Source: a bacterium
Lineage (GTDB): Bacteria; UBA8248
DNA: 64,000 nt
Reading direction: 5' to 3'
Assembly: GCA_965207065.1 (NCBI GenBank)
Contig: OZ242260.1
Coordinates: forward strand, 2,016,001 to 2,080,000
Below the pieces are notes generated by a model. The model did no database searches. It saw only the letters and a program-made list of their open reading frames with translations, and had not been told where the DNA came from. Made by a program: the position numbers and the translations under genes. This document shows positions 9,264 to 18,355 of this stretch, piece after piece (position 1 is the stretch's first letter; each line of letters starts with the position of its first letter).

Positions 9264-11288
9264 TTGAGTCTCGTCGGCATAGACACCGGAGGAACCTTCA
9301 CCGACCTCGTTTTCTACGATGAGGACGAGAAGCGAATAGAGGTTTCCAAGATTCCCACGCTTCGCGGGAGAGAAGACGCCGTTTTTCTCGAAGGCGTCGA
9401 GAGTCTCGACCTCTCCGGCATCGAGCGGATCACGCACGGCACCACCGTCGGCACCAACGCGATACTCGAAGGCGCGGGCGCGCGCACCGCTGTCTTGACG
9501 ACGCGCGGCTTCCGCGACGTTCTGGAGATTGGCCGGACGCAGCGCCTCGTTCCCCAGAGCCTGTTCGACCCGAAATTCATCCGGCCCAGGCCTATTGTTC
9601 CCCGAGAGATGCGGCTCGAAATCGAAGAGCGCGCACTGGCCGATGGGCGGATAGAAGTCCATGTGGGAGAAGCGCAGGTCGAGGAGCAGGCCGAACACTT
9701 GAAGCGCCTGGGCGCGGAAGCCCTCGCCATCTGCTATCTGCACGCCTACGCCAATGGAGAGAACGAAAAGCGTACGGCGGTGTATCTCGAGAAATTATTG
9801 CCTGAGGTCTATCTCTCCCTCTCCCACGAGGTCGTGCCCGAATACCGCGAGTTCGAGCGTTTCTCCACGGCGGCCCTGAACGCCTATCTCGGCCCCAAGA
9901 TCAAGAACTACATCGGCCGCCTGGAGGAGGCGCTTAAAGATAAGGGATGCAGCGCGCCCCTTTTTATTATGGCTTCTGGCGGCGGGATGCTCGACGCGGA
10001 GCGGGCGGCGCGGTACCCCGTTCGCACGATACTCTCCGGTCCTGCGGGCGGCGTCGTAGGCGGGGTGTCGGTCGCGGAGTCGATGGGTCTCGATCACCTC
10101 ATCACCTACGACATGGGAGGCACCAGCACGGACGTATGCCTCATCCGCGATCGCCGGCCTATCGTCAGCACGGAGAACACCATCGGCGCGTATCCGCTCA
10201 AGACCGCCCAACTTCAGATCAACACTGTGGGCGCAGGCGGGGGGAGCATCGCCTGGCGCGATGAGGACGGCGCGCTTCACGTGGGGCCAAAGAGCGCGGG
10301 CGCGCGCCCGGGGCCGGCCTGTTACGGGTTCGGCGGCGAGGAGCCGACGGTGACGGACGCGAACGTCGCCCTCTCGCGCATCGGGCCGCGCACCCAGCTG
10401 GCCGGAGGGCTGGAACTCCACCCCGAAAAGGCGGTGAGCGCTCTCGAATTGCTGGCCGGGGAGATGGGGATTTCAGGCGCCGTTTCAATGGCGCGCGGGG
10501 TGATCGACCTCGCCGTCATGAGGATGGTGAGTTCGATTCGCGAGATTTCCATCGAGCGCGGCTTCGACCCGAGGGAGCACACTCTGCTCGCCTACGGGGG
10601 CGCGGGGCCGCTGCACGCCGCCCTGATAGCGAGGGAGCTCTCCATGTCGAGCGTCGTCGTGCCGCGCTTTCCGGGGAATTTCTCCGCCGTCGGTCTTCTC
10701 ATGGCGGACGCCGTGCAGGAGAACGTCGGGACGTGCTTCGTTGCTTTGGAAGATGCGCAGGAAAGCGCTCTCGGTCACATTTTCGAGAATCTTGAAGCTC
10801 CCTGCGCCGAGCAGTTGCGCGGGGCCGGATTGAGTGAAATCGAGACGTTCCGTTTCGCAGACGTCCGCTATGTCGGACAGGCGTTCGAACTCACGATTCC
10901 GGTCCCTGAATCGAAGGGCTGGCTTGAGGCACTGGGCGGGGATTTCCACACCCGCTACGAGGCGCGCTACGGACATTGCCATCCGGGCGACCCTCTGGAG
11001 ATCGTGAACCTGCGGGTGCGGGTCTCGGGCATGGTGGACAAGCTCAAGTGGGTGAAAGTGGAAAATCCCGGAGGCGGGCTGAATGACGCGCTGGTGGAGC
11101 GCAGATGCGTCGTGTTCGAGGAGGAAGTTCCCGATTGTCCCGTATACCGGCGCGATTCCCTCCCTTCGGTCACGGAAATTGGCGGACCAGCAGTAATCGA
11201 GGAATACGGCTCGAATACCCTCGTACCCCCCGGCTGGACAGCGAGTCAGGACGCCTGTGGACATCTTCACCTGAGCGCATCGGGCTGA
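9264..11288 (+). CDS. Hydantoinase A / 5-oxoprolinase family ATP-binding subunit
   Basis: GIDTGGTFTD, HGTTVGTNA, SGPAGG, DMGGTSTD, GAGGGS, PTVTDAN, YGGAGPLH; TTG start. Confidence 0.92.
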   Translation: MSLVGIDTGGTFTDLVFYDEDEKRIEVSKIPTLRGREDAVFLEGVESLDLSGIERITHGTTVGTNAILEGAGARTAVLTTRGFRDVLEIGRTQRLVPQSLFDPKFIRPRPIVPREMRLEIEERALADGRIEVHVGEAQVEEQAEHLKRLGAEALAICYLHAYANGENEKRTAVYLEKLLPEVYLSLSHEVVPEYREFERFSTAALNAYLGPKIKNYIGRLEEALKDKGCSAPLFIMASGGGMLDAERAARYPVRTILSGPAGGVVGGVSVAESMGLDHLITYDMGGTSTDVCLIRDRRPIVSTENTIGAYPLKTAQLQINTVGAGGGSIAWRDEDGALHVGPKSAGARPGPACYGFGGEEPTVTDANVALSRIGPRTQLAGGLELHPEKAVSALELLAGEMGISGAVSMARGVIDLAVMRMVSSIREISIERGFDPREHTLLAYGGAGPLHAALIARELSMSSVVVPRFPGNFSAVGLLMADAVQENVGTCFVALEDAQESALGHIFENLEAPCAEQLRGAGLSEIETFRFADVRYVGQAFELTIPVPESKGWLEALGGDFHTRYEARYGHCHPGDPLEIVNLRVRVSGMVDKLKWVKVENPGGGLNDALVERRCVVFEEEVPDCPVYRRDSLPSVTEIGGPAVIEEYGSNTLVPPGWTASQDACGHLHLSASG

Positions 11289-11306
11289 ATTGTATTAAGG
11301 ATCCCC

Positions 11307-12272
11307 ATGAACGAAGCGGTGAAATACGGATACGGCTACGGAATGCAGCCGGGGGATGTCCCCACTCATTCCGATTTTCTGGGCTTCATCGAGAAGGTGG
11401 AAGGAGCGGGCTTCGATTCTTTCTGGATGGACGATCACATCGCGTTTCGCGGCAATTTCCTGGAAAGCCTCGCCGCTCTCGCCGCCGCTGCGGCCAGAAC
11501 CGAGCGCATCGTTCTCGGAAGCCTTGTGTATCTCCTGCCTTTGAGACGCCCCGCCATTGCGGCGAAGGCGGCGGCCACGGTGGATTACCTGAGCGGGGGC
11601 GGGCGCTTCATCTTCGGTGTGGGCGTAGGCGGTGAGGAAGAGAAGGAGTTCGAGGTTTGCGGCGTGCCCAAGACGGAGCGCGGCGCGCGCACGGATGAGG
11701 CGATCGAGGTGTTGCGCAAGTTGTGGTCGGGAGAGGCCGTGAGTCACGAGGGGAGATACTTTCGATTCTCGGATGCGCGGCAAAGCCCACCGCCCGCAAG
11801 TCCGGGCGGCCCGCCGATCTGGGTGGGCGGCAGGAGCGAGGCCGCGCAAAGGCGTGCTGCTCTACTGGCGGACGGCTACGCGCCTTATCTGTATTCTCCC
11901 TCTCGATATGAGAAGGCCTTGAGCCAGATTCACCGTTTCGCTGCGGAGGCGGGATGCGCGCTCGACGACCCGCAAAGACCCTGGACACCCGCGCTTCACC
12001 TGTTCATAAATATGCGCGAAAAAGAAGACGAAGCGCTCGATGAGGGTGCGAGGAATCTCTCGATGCGGTATGGGATGGATATGCGCGAGGCGGCGAAGAG
12101 ATACCTGCTCCACGGCTCGGTTGCGCGTTGCACCGAGCGAATCGGTGCGTACCGGAAGGCGGGCGTCCGGCACTTCATCTTCAAGGCGGCGGCGTCCGCA
12201 GGTGAGGAGGCGGAACATATGATGCGGCTGGCAGAAGAACTCCTGCCCGAGGTGAAGCGCCATGCCGGCTGA
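11307..12272 (+). CDS. LLM-class (luciferase-like) flavin/F420-dependent oxidoreductase
   Basis: GFDSFWMDDH, AAAARTERI, D.LSGGGRF..GVG, PPIWVGG. Confidence 0.88.
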   Translation: MNEAVKYGYGYGMQPGDVPTHSDFLGFIEKVEGAGFDSFWMDDHIAFRGNFLESLAALAAAAARTERIVLGSLVYLLPLRRPAIAAKAAATVDYLSGGGRFIFGVGVGGEEEKEFEVCGVPKTERGARTDEAIEVLRKLWSGEAVSHEGRYFRFSDARQSPPPASPGGPPIWVGGRSEAAQRRAALLADGYAPYLYSPSRYEKALSQIHRFAAEAGCALDDPQRPWTPALHLFINMREKEDEALDEGARNLSMRYGMDMREAAKRYLLHGSVARCTERIGAYRKAGVRHFIFKAAASAGEEAEHMMRLAEELLPEVKRHAG

Positions 12273-13932
12273 GGCAAGCGGGCACGTCGATACATTCGCG
12301 CGGGACAACCTGCCGCCGAGATCACTCTGGCCGGAGATGGACTACGGCGTTCTGCCGGAGCTTGCAGCCTATCCGGCGCGAATCAATGCAGGCGCCGTTC
12401 TCATCGACGAGATGGCCCAGGGCGCGCAGGCCGAGCGTCCTGCGATTTATTTTGGTGAGGCGCTTTGGAGCTACCGCGCGCTATTGGAGAACGCGGGCCG
12501 CATTGCCTCCGTGCTGACGGAGCGGTTCGGCCTCGTGCCGGGTAATCGCGTGCTTCTGCGCGCCTCGAACCATCCCACCCTCGTGGCCGCGTGTCTCGCC
12601 GTCTTGAAGGCGGGCGGAGTCGTGATTCCGACCATGCCCGTCATGCGCGAGCGAGAACTGTCCTACGTGCTGGGTAAAGCGCAGGTCGGTTTCGCCATTT
12701 GCGACGAAAAACTGAGCGAGGACTTGCTCGCCGCTGCCAGATCTTCCGAATCCCTGGAACACGTCGTCTTGTTCGGGGCAGATGAGCCGGAGGGCCTCGA
12801 AGCCTTGATGGCCGAAGCCTCGCCCAAATTCCCGAACGCCGATACGGCGGCGGACGACGTGGCTCTCATCGGTTTCACCTCGGGCTCCACCGGTACGCCC
12901 AAAGGCACGGTGCATTTCCACCGCGACCTGCTCGCCGTTGCGGATACGTTTCCCAAATACCTCTTCGGTCTGGGGCCTGATGACGTCGTATGCGGCAGCC
13001 CGCAGATCGCCTTTTTGTACGGGTTTTGCGCCTTCATCACCGACGCCTTGCGCTTCGGGGCCTCTTCGGCTCTGCTCGAGCGGGGTACGCCGCGCGACCT
13101 GCTCGAAGCGGTCGAGAGATACAAGGGGACGGTGTGCTTCAGCACGCCATCGGGCTACAAGCAGATGCTCGACATTGCAGACGGATACGACCTCGGCAGC
13201 CTGCGCGCCTGCATCGCGGGGGGAGAGCCGCTCGAGCCTTCGGTGTTCCGGGAATGGCGCGAGCGAACGGGGGTTTCGATCATCAACGGCCTCGGCATCT
13301 CGGAGCTTTTGCACATATTCATCTCGGCAAGCGGTGCGGATATTCGCCCCGGCAAGATAGGCCGCGCGGCGCCCGGCTACGAGGTGCGCGTGGTGGATGA
13401 GGAGATGCGCGACACGCCGCCCGGCGAGGTGGGGCAGATGATCGTCAAGGGCCCCACCGGGTGCCGCTACCTCGATGACCTCGAGCGCCAGCGGAACTAC
13501 GTGCGGGACGGCTGGAACATGACGGGCGACCTCTGCCGCGTGGATGAGGAAGGGTACATCTCCTTCGAGGCGCGAACCGACGACATGATCAACACCGGGG
13601 GATACAACGTCTCGGGCCTGGAAGTCGAGGCCGTGCTGCTTGAACACGCAAAAGTGCGCGAGTGCGCGGTGGTCGGCTCGCCGAACGCAGAGCGCGGGGA
13701 GATCGTGAAGGCCTTCGTCGTTCTCACGGGAGGCGCAGGAGCAGGTTCTGAACACGCACAGGATGCGTTGGTCCAGGAGCTTCAGGATTTCGTGAAAGCG
13801 CAACTCGCGCCCTATAAATACCCGAGAGCGATGGAGTTCCTGGAATGCCTGCCCTTGACAGCCACTGGCAAGATACAACGGGGCGCACTTCGGAAGCTGG
13901 AAAAAGAGCGCGCGGAGGATGGGGCGGACTGA
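12262..13932 (+). CDS. Aromatic acid-CoA ligase, 2-aminobenzoate-CoA ligase-like
   Basis: N-terminal HVDTFARDNLPP typical of aminobenzoate-CoA ligases; AMP-binding FTSGSTGTPKG; APYKYPR; TGKIQR. Confidence 0.82.
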   Translation: MPAEASGHVDTFARDNLPPRSLWPEMDYGVLPELAAYPARINAGAVLIDEMAQGAQAERPAIYFGEALWSYRALLENAGRIASVLTERFGLVPGNRVLLRASNHPTLVAACLAVLKAGGVVIPTMPVMRERELSYVLGKAQVGFAICDEKLSEDLLAAARSSESLEHVVLFGADEPEGLEALMAEASPKFPNADTAADDVALIGFTSGSTGTPKGTVHFHRDLLAVADTFPKYLFGLGPDDVVCGSPQIAFLYGFCAFITDALRFGASSALLERGTPRDLLEAVERYKGTVCFSTPSGYKQMLDIADGYDLGSLRACIAGGEPLEPSVFREWRERTGVSIINGLGISELLHIFISASGADIRPGKIGRAAPGYEVRVVDEEMRDTPPGEVGQMIVKGPTGCRYLDDLERQRNYVRDGWNMTGDLCRVDEEGYISFEARTDDMINTGGYNVSGLEVEAVLLEHAKVRECAVVGSPNAERGEIVKAFVVLTGGAGAGSEHAQDALVQELQDFVKAQLAPYKYPRAMEFLECLPLTATGKIQRGALRKLEKERAEDGAD

Positions 13933-13948
13933 CGCATCATGCAGGCTT

Positions 13949-13982
13949 CACCGCCAAGGCGAGTTTCGCCCGGTGGTTTTTT
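13949..13982 (+). terminator. Probable intrinsic terminator
   Basis: CACCG..GGCGA/TCGCC..CGGTG stem followed by a T run just after the CoA ligase stop. Confidence 0.55.
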
Positions 13983-14066
13983 GTTCATCCGCAGAAATTC
14001 CGGTAGCGTCTCACTTTGAAAACAGGAACATCACAAAGGCGGGAATGAAACCGGCGGGTTCCGGCA

Positions 14067-14261
14067 TCAGCCTCCGGTTCGCTCGATGAGCTTCATTAGG
14101 GCAGTATGATTGTCGTTCAGGGTCTTCATGTTCTCTTCATGCTTTCGCTCGGAATCCACGGCTCTTGCATCGGTTCCTTTTCGCATCGCCCTAATTCCGT
14201 AAAATATCACTCCGAGGCCGATGTATTGCCCGATGAGGCTGTAGGATTCATACGAGGTCAT
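14067..14261 (-). CDS. Small (64 aa) single-TM protein, related to the N-terminus of 8403..9029
   Basis: GGAGAAAGG upstream; shared MTx[YF][EQ]xxSL, GIxAMxxGxxxR and NxxALxxLIE pattern. Confidence 0.65.
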   Translation of the reverse strand: MTSYESYSLIGQYIGLGVIFYGIRAMRKGTDARAVDSERKHEENMKTLNDNHTALMKLIERTGG

Positions 14262-14500
14262 GCGCCTTTCTCCACCTCTTCGCCGCGCCGTTTTCGACCG
14301 TCACTTTGCGTCCGTCCGGCCTTTTCCGTCCATCGGGGTCCGTAGCCGTTTCGCTTCCCCCCGTTGACAGAATACCAAAGTCTCATAAGGTTTCGTATGG
14401 TGTCAAGACTATATTTGAACGAACAATAAAAAATACTCTGCCCGCGGCCGATAACTCCGGACGTCCCCATTCGCACGGAGAGTCCGCCAAGCGCCGTCGC

Positions 14501-14715
14501 CGTCATTCCGGCGCAGGTTGGAATGACGAATGAGGCGAAAAAGATCCGGGTGGACGGACGGATGGTAGGGACAGGCCTCCGTGCCTGTCCTGACGCCCCG
14601 ACAAAGGACAACCACGGAGGGTTGTCCCTACGGGGCAATCCCGTCTATGGCCATGCCCGGGTTCGTCATTACGGCGTCGGACCCGACCGATGCGGAAGGG
14701 TATGCCGGAATGACG
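14501..14715. repeat. Cluster of GTCATT..GGAATGAC hairpin repeats flanking a GTAG-type REP doublet
   Basis: CGTCATTCCGGCGCAGGTTGGAATGACG at 14501-14528; GTAGGGACAGGC..GCCTGTCC and GGACAACC..GGTTGTCCCTAC at 14565-14631; CGTCATT..CCGGAATGACG at 14664-14715. Confidence 0.75.
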
Positions 14716-14734
14716 AAAAAAGCCGCACTGTTTC

Positions 14735-14762
14735 GTAGGGACAGGTCGCGACCTGTCCCTAC
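14735..14762. repeat. 28-bp perfect palindrome, GTAG-family REP
   Basis: GTAGGGACAGGTCGCGACCTGTCCCTAC; identical copy at 18248. Confidence 0.9.
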
Positions 14763-15131
14763 AGTCCCCTCCCTGATCTGCTCCATACCCCGAATCACGA
14801 AATCAGGGCTTTTCAACAGCCCCCATCCGGGACGGGCTGACGCTTCCAGCCCCGTTGGTGGTTACGCCGTACGCTTCGTGGTTCTTTGCGGTCATGCCGG
14901 GAATCCTGTATAGGCTTCCTGAGTCTTGCGGCGGCTTTGGCAAACATGGTATTCTTTTCGCTCTTCATCATAAAATCATAAAGTTTCTTTCGGTATTGTC
15001 TTGTTGCGAGCAGGAGGAATCGAAGGAAAGTCATATCTTCCCGGTACACTGAGTGCGCCCCGCTCTTGGGGCGTTGATTGAGTCCATGACGCAAGCCGCG
15101 CATCCTGCGGCCCAGAGGGGAGGCTGAAATC

Positions 15132-16178
15132 GTGGAAACCAGAACGTACGTACGGGGTCTCATCTTCAAATCGGTATTGGCGGTTATCCTGGGAGTGGCG
15201 CTCGTCTTCACGGCCGCCACGCCATCGGAATCTGCCGTCAAGCGGGTCGTCATCACCCAGGCGGTCGAGAGTCTCGCCTTCGTCAGCAACTACGTGGCGC
15301 GCGCGAACGGCTACTTCGCAGAAGAGGGGCTGGCCGCAGAGGTTATCTCCACGCGGGGCGGCGGGCCGGACATCAAGGCCAATCTCGCAGGCCAGGCGGA
15401 TTTCTCCATCGCGGCGGGCACCTACCAGATCAACGCCGTCAAGGCGGGCGGCGCCCTCATCGCGGTGATGAGCTGCCTGAACCGCAGCATCGTCAACTCC
15501 GCCATCCGCAAGGACGTGGCGAAGAAGCTCGGCATCACCGCCAAGACGCCCTACAAGGAAAAGATCAAGAAACTGAAGGGCCTGACCGTGGGCGCCACGC
15601 GTCCCGGCGCGCTCACCTACAACCAGGGCGAATACTGGATCCGCCAGGCCGGCTACACCCCTCAGAAAGAGGTGAAGCTCATCGGCGCGGGCGCGGGCCC
15701 GGTGCTCATCGCCGCGCTTCAGCGCGGCAAAATCGATGTAGCGATCCAGACGATTCCCGTGCCGGAGACGGCCATATTCAAGGGCATCGGCATTCCCTTC
15801 GTCACGAACTCGGCGGGCGAGGACCCGGAGATGGACCAGTTCATGATGGAGGTCCTGCTCGTGCGGCCCGAATACGCGAAGAAAAACCCCGAGACCGTCC
15901 GCAAGGTGGTCCGGGCGCTTCTCAAGGCCAACAACTGGATCAACAAGCACACCGCCGAGCAGATTCGCGAGAAAATTCAGCTTTACTTCGCCAAGACCGA
16001 CAAGCGGCTGCTGCGCACCAGCATCGCGGCGGTGAAGAAGGCCGTATCGCTGGACGGGAAAGTCACCCAGCGTGCGGTGGACATCACACAGAACCTGCTC
16101 ATCGCGGCGGGCAAGCTCAAGAAGGCGTTCCCGAGGAGCACCCTCGTCACGGACGAGTATCTGCCCGGCAAGATGTGA
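15132..16178 (+). CDS. ABC transporter substrate-binding protein (SsuA/TauA/NMT1 family)
   Basis: Signal peptide; YVARANGYFAEEGL; LKGLTVG; AALQRGKID; upstream of TauB/TauC-like genes. Confidence 0.85.
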   Translation: METRTYVRGLIFKSVLAVILGVALVFTAATPSESAVKRVVITQAVESLAFVSNYVARANGYFAEEGLAAEVISTRGGGPDIKANLAGQADFSIAAGTYQINAVKAGGALIAVMSCLNRSIVNSAIRKDVAKKLGITAKTPYKEKIKKLKGLTVGATRPGALTYNQGEYWIRQAGYTPQKEVKLIGAGAGPVLIAALQRGKIDVAIQTIPVPETAIFKGIGIPFVTNSAGEDPEMDQFMMEVLLVRPEYAKKNPETVRKVVRALLKANNWINKHTAEQIREKIQLYFAKTDKRLLRTSIAAVKKAVSLDGKVTQRAVDITQNLLIAAGKLKKAFPRSTLVTDEYLPGKM

Positions 16179-16255
16179 ACTTACACTTCCGACTCTGAAA
16201 ACCGCCGGGGAGGGGCTTTTGAGAGCCTGTCCCCGGCGGCGGAGATTCATGCGCC

Positions 16256-17059
16256 GTGCCTCCAATTCTCTCGATCAAGAACCTGCATAAGGAATTCTTC
16301 TCGCGTGGAAACCGCGTGATCGCCGTCGATGATATGAGCCTCGAGATCGAAGACGGCGAGTTCATCACCATCGTGGGACCGAGCGGGTGCGGGAAGTCCA
16401 CGCTGCTGAACTGCATTATCGGGCTGGTGCACCCCACCTCGGGCACCATCATGTACAAGGATAGAAAGCTGCACGGCATCAATACCGATATCGGCTACGT
16501 GCCGCAGTCGGACTATCTCTACGCCTGGCGCACGCTCATCAACAACGTCGCCTTCCCGCTGGAAATGCGGGGCGTCGACCAGAAGACCAGGCACGAAAAG
16601 GCCCGCGAGTTGATCCAGCGCGTCGGCCTCGCGGGGTTCGAGGATCACTACCCCCACGAACTCTCGGGCGGAATGCGCCAGCGGGCCAACATCATACGCA
16701 CTCTTATATACGACCCGGAAGTCATCCTGATGGACGAGCCCTTCGGGCCGCTCGACGCCCAGACGCGCATTATCCTTCAGGATCAGTTGTTGAAACTCTG
16801 GCGCGAGGCGCGAAAGACCGTGATATTCATCACGCACGACCTCGTCGAGGCCATCGCCCTGGCTGACCGGGTCGTCGTCATGACGAGCCGGCCCGGCAAG
16901 CTCAGGAGCGTCACCGAAGTAGACATTCCGCGTCCGCGAGACGTGTTCACCATCCACAGCAAGGAGGAGTTTCGGCAGACCTACGATCAGCTGTGGCAGG
17001 AATTGCGCGAGGAGGTCCAGCGCAGTGAAGATTGGATGAAAAACGGGTCCGCGAGTTAG
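16256..17059 (+). CDS. ABC ATP-binding protein (TauB/SsuB-like)
   Basis: GPSGCGKST, LSGGMRQR, ILMDEPFG, THD. Confidence 0.92.
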   Translation: MPPILSIKNLHKEFFSRGNRVIAVDDMSLEIEDGEFITIVGPSGCGKSTLLNCIIGLVHPTSGTIMYKDRKLHGINTDIGYVPQSDYLYAWRTLINNVAFPLEMRGVDQKTRHEKARELIQRVGLAGFEDHYPHELSGGMRQRANIIRTLIYDPEVILMDEPFGPLDAQTRIILQDQLLKLWREARKTVIFITHDLVEAIALADRVVVMTSRPGKLRSVTEVDIPRPRDVFTIHSKEEFRQTYDQLWQELREEVQRSEDWMKNGSAS

Positions 17060-17085
17060 AGCGAGCGGATGAGAAGGAGACTCCC

Positions 17086-18186
17086 ATGGTCGACATGATC
17101 GATAAAGAGGCGAGCGAGGACAAGGGATCGAGTGAGGCGGCACAGACCACCCATGAGGCTAACGGCCGCGTCAGGATTCCCAAGCTGGGCGAGATCCTCC
17201 TGACGATTCCCCTGCCGGGCGTACCGCAACTCTGGCGGGGCGATTACCTGATTGGCTCGCTCTTGTTGTTCCTCACGGCGGCCGGCTACATGATGTGCTC
17301 CGTCACGGGCATGTTATTCCACGCCATCGCCTTCGTTGACGTCTCCATATCGAGGACCGGGCGCTTCATCAAGAACCAGAAGTTGCGCATGTTCGTCTAC
17401 CGGGCCTCATTCGCGGGCGGCTTTCTGGCGATGTGGGAGCTCAGCGCCTGGGAGATCGGCCCCAAACAGTGGCTCTGCGTGGACCCGTTCTGGTTCGGCT
17501 CGCCCCTGCGCGTCATGAGCTATATGGTGGAGATTACGCTTTCGGGCAGCGTGTTCGTCGATACCTGGACGACGATGTACGAGGCCTTCCTGGGCTATAT
17601 CCTGGGCGCCGCTCTCGGCATCGCGCTCGGCTTCATTCTGGCGCGGCTGGAAACCCTGGCCGAGATACTCGACCCCTTCATCGTCGCGGTGAACGGCATC
17701 CCGCGCGTGGCGATGGCGCCGATTCTCATCATCTGGTTCGGTATCGGGGTGGAATCGAAAATCGTGCTGGCGGTGAGCCTGGTGCTCTTCTTGACCTTCA
17801 TGAACACCTACTCGGGCCTGAGGGGCGTGGACCCCAACCTGAAGAACCTGGCGCAGGTGATGGGCGCGAACGAGATGCAGGTTCTCTGGAAGGTCACGCT
17901 GCCCGCCGCGATGCCCTGGATACTCACGGGCCTCAAGATAGGCGTTCCGTTCGCCATCATCGGGGCCATCCTGGGCGAGTTCATGGCGGCGAGCAAGGGG
18001 CTGGGCTTCATGATCCAGCACACGAGCAACCTGTTCAACATCGCGGGCTCGTTCGCGGGCCTCATCCTCCTCATGTTCATCGTGCTCATCGCCAACACGG
18101 CGGTGAACTGGCTGGAGCGCTATCTGTTGCGCTGGCGGCCCAAACAGCAAGCCGCAGGCGAAGGCGGCGCAACGGAGGTGTATTAG
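17086..18186 (+). CDS. ABC permease (TauC/SsuC-like) with N-terminal extra membrane segment
   Basis: NGIPRVAMAPILIIWFGIG, EAA-like MGA..KVTLPAAMP, GEFMAASKGLG; AAGGAG before ATG 17086. Confidence 0.88.
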   Translation: MVDMIDKEASEDKGSSEAAQTTHEANGRVRIPKLGEILLTIPLPGVPQLWRGDYLIGSLLLFLTAAGYMMCSVTGMLFHAIAFVDVSISRTGRFIKNQKLRMFVYRASFAGGFLAMWELSAWEIGPKQWLCVDPFWFGSPLRVMSYMVEITLSGSVFVDTWTTMYEAFLGYILGAALGIALGFILARLETLAEILDPFIVAVNGIPRVAMAPILIIWFGIGVESKIVLAVSLVLFLTFMNTYSGLRGVDPNLKNLAQVMGANEMQVLWKVTLPAAMPWILTGLKIGVPFAIIGAILGEFMAASKGLGFMIQHTSNLFNIAGSFAGLILLMFIVLIANTAVNWLERYLLRWRPKQQAAGEGGATEVY

Positions 18187-18247
18187 GGTTTCCGGGTTTT
18201 CTAAAAACCCAGGTCTGTCGGGATAATCTTTCTTTCTCTGAAACTGC

Positions 18248-18275
18248 GTAGGGACAGGTCGCGACCTGTCCCTAC
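18248..18275. repeat. 28-bp perfect palindrome, GTAG-family REP
   Basis: Identical to 14735-14762; lies between convergent genes. Confidence 0.9.
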
Positions 18276-18355
18276 CGTGTGTTAGCCCTGCAATGTATGA
18301 CATGGGCGGGCACGGTTGAACTTTCCTCTTCGGGAAGTTCGACGTCCCTACACCC

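Noticed and set aside
8999-9301. Short ORFs in the AT-rich spacer (including a YGDC string recalling DNA methylase N-termini)
   Set aside because: Too short, with no further methylase motifs; cannot be supported.
14258-15052. Several 60-130 aa ORFs in the repeat mosaic
   Set aside because: They are translations of palindromic repeats (for example VGTGRDLSL) and recur wherever the REP occurs.
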